Positions 1-8,200 of a stretch of DNA of 32,000 bases are shown piece after piece. The stretch covers positions 60,001 through 92,000 of the forward strand of contig CAZXEQ010000007.1 of the NCBI GenBank assembly GCA_964640155.1, in the 5' to 3' direction. Positions within the stretch are counted from its first letter, which is position 1, and each line of letters starts with the position of its first letter. The stretch comes from an uncultured bacterium. GTDB lineage: Bacteria > Auribacterota > JACPWU01. The notes under the pieces are model-generated. The model ran no database searches. It was not told where the DNA came from and was given only the letters and a program-made list of their open reading frames with translations. The position numbers and the translations under genes are program-made.

Positions 1-2200
1 ACTTTGAAAAAAGGCCGATTAAATGAATTGCCAGAAGAGTTAAAAAATGAAGCAGCTTTGAATGAATGGAAAGATCGGCTTAAAAAAGTTCTTAAGGATG
101 AAGAGTTGGCTTCTCGTCTTACTTTCATTATTGAGCCTCTTCTCAAACAAATTCATCTTTCAGATCAGAGAAAAAATCTTAACCAGATTGCAGAACAATT
201 GGGAAATAAAGATAAGTCAACTAGGGCCAGAATAGAGGCTTTTGAAGCAAGTCTAAATCAGAGAATTACTGAAAAAGAAGCGGCTATCGAAGCTCTTAGA
301 GAATTAGAAAATAAAGGTATGGAAGCTAAGCGGCTTGCTTTTACTGCTCCTGGTGTGACCTATATTGGCATTGGAGATTTGGCTTTTGAAAAATTAGGCG
401 ATCGCGCTCGTAAACTCAGTGAGAGATTCTTCCCTCAAGGGGGCAAGAAGCTTCATAAAGCCAATGTGGATGAAGTGGATAGTGTTCTTGAGGATCAGGC
501 GTTGATGGATTATGTGATGGCGCAACCTTCAGGAGACTTAAGTGCTATAGAGAAAGAAATGTGGACTTTTGCTGGAAGTGTATCAGAAGAAATAAGACCT
601 TTTGGACTCGAGAGAAAAATAGGACTTCAAAAGGAAGAGATTCAAGCACAAGAGACAGAACAAGTTGTTGGGGCAAAGCTTACTCTTTTCACCAAGGATA
701 AAAATAACGATGTCTTAAGATTGACCAAGGCGGGCCGTCAAAGAGCCATGGACGCTTATAATGTGTTACGTCAAAAAATGATGGGACGCAAAGAACTTCC
801 TTCTATGCCGGAGTTTATCAAGATGGTTGAAAAATCATTGAAAGCTCGTGAGCTTCGAAAGAGAGGCGAAGATTATGAAATAGATGATGCCAGCGGTAGC
901 ATTCGATTGATTGAAAAAACAACAGGAGGTATCAATGATCGTCGTGATAGTGCCTTAGGTATTGCCTTGGATGTTTTGAATTCGGATCGTGTAAGGACAT
1001 TAGGTGATAATCGTACCAGTGCTAAGATCAGTGGTGGAGACGTGATTAAGGAACTTTTTGAAGGATTCAGCGGATACAGTGGATCTGTCGATACACGTGA
1101 AGCCAGAAAAGAATTTGAAAAAGGATTTGGAAAGAAGAGTACTCAATTTGTCAGAATTCCTAATTATTCTGCAAGTAAACGCAATATTCTTGCTCCGAAA
1201 ATTTTCAAAAACGATAATGCAGCACAAGCTTGGTTAGAAGAACAGGCGAGAGAAGTTATGCAGCATACGACTGCGATTATCACTTTACGAAGTGTTAAAC
1301 AAGTCGAAGATTTAGCCGCTAAAATGGAAGGGAAAAAAGAATTTAAAGGTAAAGTTCTTATTTTTAGAGGTTCAGAAAATGATGAACAAAGACGTCTGCT
1401 TTTAGCTCAAGCCAGTGAACCAGGTTATGTTTTAATACAAACTATGATCGGGGGTCGTGGAACAGACTGGGGCTTGGCTGATTTTGGATTAACAAAGGAG
1501 ATGTTGGATGAGGCTTTAAAAGGAAAGGGTCTTTCTGAAGGTTTAAGAAAAGCTCAGTTGGATCAATTAGAGGGTATAACCAAGAAATTAGCAGGAAACA
1601 CAGCTAAATTGACACCTGCTGAAGTCACTCAAGCTCGGAATATGAGTCAGACAGAGTTGCAGTCGCAGGATGATCGCTTGAACGAGCAGGTAAATTTTCT
1701 AGAAGAGTTTAATAAGACAGGCGAATCTCTTGATCAAGCCTTAGAGACGGCAAGAAAACAGAAAGGGCTGGCTGAAAAAGCTTTTAATGCTGCGTCTGCT
1801 AATGCTGCGCCTGCGGAAATTAAAGTGGAATTATCGTTAGGGCGTTGGCTTGCTTCTCGACGACTAGAGGTTTTAGAAGCACTTCAGAAATCAGGTCAGT
1901 CTGTGAATGAAGAATTAAAAAATGCAAGAGAAGCAAAAGAAAAGGCTAGCAGAAAACTTCTTGTTCGTGATTTAGAAAAGTTTTTTGAAAATCTTACAGA
2001 AGGAGCTGATGAGGCGCTTCGTAAGAAACTTGACCAAGTCTGTCAGAGAACCTTTATGAAATTTGCTTATGGTTTCTATATCATGCGCAATGTATTTCGA
2101 AGCCGTCGTGTGGATATACAAGTAGATGGCCGTGGTGCCCGACAAGCTGATCCAGGAACTTCCATTGAATTTAGTTCTTTAGAAGAAACAGGAGCTGACA
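1..2200 (+). other. SecA-type DEAD motor region of the giant protein (NBD1 C-terminal part and NBD2)
   Basis: Window versus E. coli SecA, recalled from memory. AFTAPGVTYIGIGDLAF...KLHKANVDEVDSVLEDQA (nt ~340-500) vs AYAADITYGTNNEFGFDYL...KLHYALVDEVDSILIDEA. FEGFSGYSGSVDTRE (nt ~1057-1101) vs YEKLAGMTGTADTE. VRIPNYSASKR vs VVPTNRPMIRKD. IQTMIGGRGTDWGL (1435-1476) vs ATNMAGRGTDI. FRSRRVDIQVDGRGARQADPGTSIEFSSLEE (2095-2187) vs [31 protein letters not shown]. Confidence 0.75.
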
Positions 2201-5200
2201 TTTTAGAAATTATCCAGCCCGGTTTAAGACAAGAGCAGCTGGACGGCCAGCTTCATCAGAAAGGAAAAGAGGGCCGTGATCGAATTGCAGCAAATGAAAA
2301 GAAATATGCCAAGTTCTTGAAGTTGAGAGAGGAATATCTAGATGCTTTAGATAAGTTGGAAACCATGGACGAGAAGGATAAGTCGGGTATTGCCACATTA
2401 CAAAAAGAGCTGAGCCGAATGGAACAAGAGATACAAACGATGAAAGCTGAGGCTCAGTTGAATTTGGATATCAATGATATGGATCAGCGTTTGGAAAAGG
2501 GTGATAAAAACAATGTGGGTTATCATATTTCTGAACGTCTTTCGGATGTTTTTGGAGGCATTCGTGAAGGTACATCGGATGTGACAAGTGTCACAGTGGC
2601 CAAAGCTTTGATTGAAAAAGTCATTGAAGAAGCGAAAAAATCTAAAAATCTTGCCCTTGTTCAAGAGGTTTTGAAAAATGCTTTTGACATTCGAAAGATC
2701 GAAGGCTTGTCTTTAGAGCAATTAGATCTTCTCAAAGAAGAACTCTTGAGTCAGTTGGCTCGTGGAGACATTCAATTAGATGGACAGGTTTTTGAAGAGG
2801 GCTTAAGTCAGGCAAATATGGATTTCATCGATAGACAGCAGGAAATTGAACGTGCGGAAGAAGACGTCGCCAAACTTAAAAAAGCCTTGGAAGATTATCT
2901 GGGAGAATTTACGAAGGGAGTTCAAAATAATATTGTCGATGGGCTTGTAAAGGTTTATGGACCTAAAGAAGTTGGGACAGGTGGATTAGATCTAGATGAG
3001 ATGAGTGCAGCATTTACTGATAAAATGACAGATTGGATTGGGAAGCAAACTCCTGGACCTATTGCGAGTCGTTGGATACGTTATTGGAAGACTGTCTCTA
3101 AATGGACGGCAGCAAAAAGTAAAGGCTTGAGAAGTCGGTCTGCTACTGTTGGGAACTGGATTGCTAAACATGCCCAAGTTGAAGAGCAAAGAAAATATTT
3201 TGAAAAAGCTGCTCGTGCTTGGAACAAAGCCATTGCTCGCCTTGAGAACAGAGGCGAATTGTCAGATGCATACGTTGCTATTGACCGAAAGGTAGAAACA
3301 GAGTCCATTCAGCCGATGGGATCAAATCCATCGGTACGTCAAGTGACTCAGCTTGTGAAGAAACGTGAAGCCGAGAAGCGTAAAGGTCAGGGCGTGACGA
3401 TAGACTTAGCAAAAGCCAAGGCTACGCGTCAGAAAGCAGGAACAACTGCTGGATCTCCTGAGGCTCAACAACCCAAACGACCTGAAGCTGAGACAAGATC
3501 GCTAACCACATTACAGAAATTGATTCAAACTGCAGCGGTCGATGGGAGAGTTAAAGGAACGACAAGGCTTGCTATCCCAAGTGCCGACGGAAATAAATCT
3601 CAGAGATATGACTTTGACCTTACGGCTACAACAGCTCAAGTTTTGAATAGTAATGAAGCAGCTCGCGAGGCCCTTTATAAGGCTCTTGCATCTGGTCAGC
3701 AAGGGGCAGTTAAGGTTGGAGACCGCACCCTTATTTTTGCTAAGAATGCAAGGGGCTTGGTTCAAATCGTAGATGTATCAGATCTGAAGGCGGATAGTGT
3801 TACTCAGGCTTTGACTGAGGCTCAGACAAGAAAAGATGATGTTAAATTTATCTTTGGAGCGTCTGGCCAAGTGAATATCGTTATTGCAAAACCTGGTCAG
3901 ACTTCTTTAGGTGAGAAAGTCACTTTAACGGGAAGCAATCTTTTTGTACATTCAAATATCAATGAAGGAACTGTTGGGTCAGGGAATACTTTTAGAGATT
4001 CGAATCTTTCAAATGCTCAAGTGGGCAATAATAACAGTTTCAATCGAGTAGAAGCGTCAGATGTCACGGTTGGAAATGAATCTCAATTAACCAGGGTAAA
4101 AGTAAATAGTGCTGAAGTTGGAAATGCTTCAAAATTAGAAGTGGTTTCAGCGGTAACAGTCGTTGTAGGTGAAAATTCTCAACTTAAAGATGTACGTGCG
4201 GATCGATCTGTTGTTGCGGGTGATCAAGCTCGGTTAGAAAATGTGACGGCAGAATCAATCGTCGCTGGAGATCGCTCTAGAATGAAGTCAGTGACAGGCC
4301 GCAACGTTGTTGCTCAAGAAGGTGCAGATGTTGAACTCATGAATGCTCAAGCCCTCAATGCTCCTTCCGGAGATTTGACTTTTGGGAAGAATGAAGTTAA
4401 GAGAGGTGGATATAAAGAAGGCGTTTATGAAACAACAGGAGTTTCTGACCGAACGGCTCTTATTGGGCAGATGGAGCATGTTAGAGCAACTGAAAAAGAA
4501 TTATTTGGTGAAACACCTTGGGAAACAATTAAAGGAAAACTCAAAGGTAAAGTAGACAGTCTTATTACCTTGCTTCGCAATCAAGAGCCAACGGGTAGAT
4601 TGAAATGGGGTAAAAAATTCTTAAAGTCAATTGGAACTTACTTCAAAACTTTTGATGAAAGACAAAGGGAACAATCAACTCGAGATCGTGAAAGTGAACA
4701 AAATTTAAGAGCGGATGCGGCAGCTGAAACCCTTTATCCCAATTTTTCAACACCTGCAAGTGAGGTTTATGAAGGTTTAAACAGAAATCTATTTGGCGAA
4801 GAGGAAATGACTCATGTTGGTTTTATCATGGGAACATTAAGTGAAGAAGCGATGGCAAAAGCTATTGAAAGTGGCGTTTTGGAAGAGGGAGAAGATTCGT
4901 CTCAAAGAGTTAGTCCGTCTCCTCGTGCGGTTGCAGAAGGTCTTATTGATTTTGCACAGAGAATTTTAGACTCGGCTAAGGATCAGAGCCCAGCTGATCA
5001 AGAAGTAGCTCAGAAAAAGGTAGAAGCGCTTTGGGAAGCTGCTTTAAAAGTAGATCCTCGTCATGCAAAGACTTTACTCAGAATGGCAGAAACATTGTGG
5101 ACTCGATCACAAGGGAAAAACTTGGAGGCTTCTGAGAGAGAAGAATTAAAGAAGAACTCTCTTGCGTTATATCGGTTGGCTTATCGCGAAGATCCTTCGG

Positions 5201-8200
5201 ATGCTGAAACAGTGGAATCTTATGCGAATGTTTTGATTTCTCAGAACAAATCTGCTGAAGCTATTAAAATGGCTGAACGTTTGGTGAAGGAAAATAAAAC
5301 AAGAGAAAATAAACTTCTCTTAGGAAGAATATTAATGGCTTCTGGTAAGTTTTCTGAGGCCATGAATGTTTTCAGAAAGAATGGAGTTGTCTCTAAGAAA
5401 GTGGAACAGCGTTTGACACAATTAGAAGGCAAGGCAGGCGAGTTAGCTAAAAAGAGAGCAGAATTAGCAAATTTAGATAAACCGAAAAAAGGTGGTTTCC
5501 CAGGTGGAATGTCTCCTGAAATGCTTCAGGGAATGGATCCGGAGATGCTCGGTCAGAATCCAGATCTACTTAGCCAATTGATGGGTGGAGGAGAGCAAAG
5601 GGAATCTACACCTGAAGAGAAAGCCCAGATTGCAGAGCAGAAGAAAAAGTTGGGAGAAGAAATAGAGGTTCTTAGTAAGGGAACAGAAGATTTTGGAATA
5701 ACATTAGAGGAGCTTACTTCTGCTGGTGAAAAGATATCCTCTCAAGGTTTGGCACAAATTTTAATGAAACTCTACGGAGGAAAAATATCTTTAGAAAAAG
5801 CTAAACTTTTAGCGAAGACACTTCGTGAGTTGATGAATACACATCAAGAACTTTCAAAGATGAATGTTGCCCTTCTTCTCGCTATCAATGCAGAAGATTC
5901 TGATTCAATTCCAAGTCTTAAAGCAAAGATGATGAGTCAATTAGCTACTCAAGAAAAAGACATACATACACAAAGGGTGTATGCCTTGGCGGCTGCTTTC
6001 TATAATGAACAGGCCCAAGCTATTTCCGAATTGACACGCCGTCATCCAGAATTAAAAGGTCAAGATCTTTCAAGATTCTTACCCAATATGGAAATTTCTC
6101 AAGTGACTCCTGAGGTAGAAACACCTGCTGTACCGGATCAGACTGAAGCTGCTAAACAAAGCGAGGCTTTGGTAAAAGAAATAGCGGCTCAACAGGAAAG
6201 AGTTGAAGCTCTTAAGAAAGAATCGAAAGAACCTCAAGGAAACCTCGTTGACATACTCACATTATCTGAAGAATCTCAATCCTATGACGAAGATATTAAA
6301 GCTCAGGAAGAAGTGATTAGGAATGCAAAGGCCGAGAGAGACGAAGCTCGTCGCGTACTGACACTTTATAAAATGACGAAAGCTATGGATGAAGTCCAAA
6401 CTCAAGAGCAGGTGATCAATGCATTAAACCAGAAGATTTCAGATGCTCAGAGAAAAATAGAGAATCTTAGGAAGATGTCCTTAAGTCAAAATCTTAGGAA
6501 TGAGATGAGGGCCCGGCAAGGTGATTTTGTGGCTTCCAAAACTCAAGCCGATACAGAAGAAGCAAAAGCTACTCGTGAGCGGTATCTCATTCACGTGACA
6601 AGAGAACTTCAGCAAGCAGAAGAAAAGTTAGGCTCTCTGAAATCTCAACAAAAATGGTCAAATCGTGCGACGCGTGCAACAGAGGCCGTCTTGAACTTTT
6701 CATCGGCTCTCAAAGGTAAAGCGAAGAAGGTGGTTGTGCGCTTACAGTCATTACGACAAAAGCCAAAATTGGTTCCACGTGTTACAGAACAATCACTGGA
6801 AGCTTTAAAGAAGTATTTAAATATGCAAGCGATTGCTCTAAATATCATGGAACAATTACCTGCTCCTTCAGAGCAAACAGCTAAAGATGCTTATGCCAAA
6901 ACTTCTGAAGATTTAAAAGCACAAGCTGTTGTTTGGGAAGAAGAAATGTCAGAAGTTTTGAAGGCACAGCCAGAATTGAAAGATCATTTTATAGAGTTGA
7001 TGGGTATTGATACAACGGACATTTCTTCCACTCCTGCTTACAAAGTGAAACTACTGAAACATTGGGCCGCTGCCATTAAGGAACTGGCTGAAACGATGGA
7101 TGCTAAGGACGAGAAGCGAGCAGCATATATGAAGTTGGTTGAGACCCTTGAGGCAAAAGCCAAAGTTGCGGAAGCTGAAGCGAAGAAGATCGAAGACGAA
7201 AAAGCCAAAGTCCAAGCCGCTGAAGCTGAGGCTAAGAAAGTTAAGCCTGTGAATGTAAATGAAGCTGGTGTGGAAGATCTGATGAAAGTTCAGGGAATAA
7301 CGAAGGTTTTGGCCCAGGCGATTGTTCAAGCTCGTCAACAATTGACTATCTCGGGAAAGCCGGGTCCATTCCGAAGTCTCTCAGATTTATTCTTGGTTCC
7401 CGGCTTGAGACGTTTATTTCCTATGAGCATAGATGAATTAGAAGATCGATATGCAACGATAAGTGCTCAGCTTAAAGTAGAGACAACAAAACCTGATTCT
7501 CCAGAAGTTTTAAAACAGAGACAATCTTTACAAGGCGAGCTTCAAAGACTTTCTTCTCTACATCAAAGCGTGAAGAAATTTGCTCAAAATATTACTTTTG
7601 GAGAAGAGGGTACTGTCTATTATCCTGAAACAGTAGAGCAAAGGGTGATGGAGGCCTTAGAATCAGAAATTCAACGGAGAAGTGTTCCACATTTGGAATT
7701 CCTTCGTAATGAGTTAGCTAGAATTAAGGCTGAAAAAGTACGATGTCTTAAAGAAACTTCAAATTCTGATGTTAAAGCGCGTAAGACTGCTTTGAATGAA
7801 TATGCTGAATTGGAAAAAGAAGAGAAGCGCTATATTGCATTGGAGAAGAAACTACAGAGTAAGACCCTTTCGGAAGTGATAGAAGTTGTAACTCAGCTCG
7901 AATTAAATCCTTTGATGAAAGCTTATAGTAAAATTTTAATGCAGTTGGCAAAATTAGGTGAGAGCAATCTTACAGTTCAAGAACATGCGAAACGCTATGA
8001 AGCTTTAAGAAGAGATATGGTTAAGCTTAATCGGCAGTTTTCAGATTTATCTGTACAAACTGATCAGGTAAAAAATGTAATGGAAAGTCTAAAGAATTAT
8101 ACAAGTCAGATGACCGATTATCTTCTTGTAGCTCGGCGCGTCAATCGTGTTTCATCTTTAGCTGAAAATCTTCGAAGGCAGTTCAATGAAAATGAAGGGA

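Noticed and set aside
4-6. TTG at nt 4 as the start codon of the giant protein
   Set aside because: The SecA-like alignment places the Walker A/NBD1 N-terminal part upstream of the first residue in the window, and the frame is open from nt 1. The ORF is therefore truncated by the window edge.
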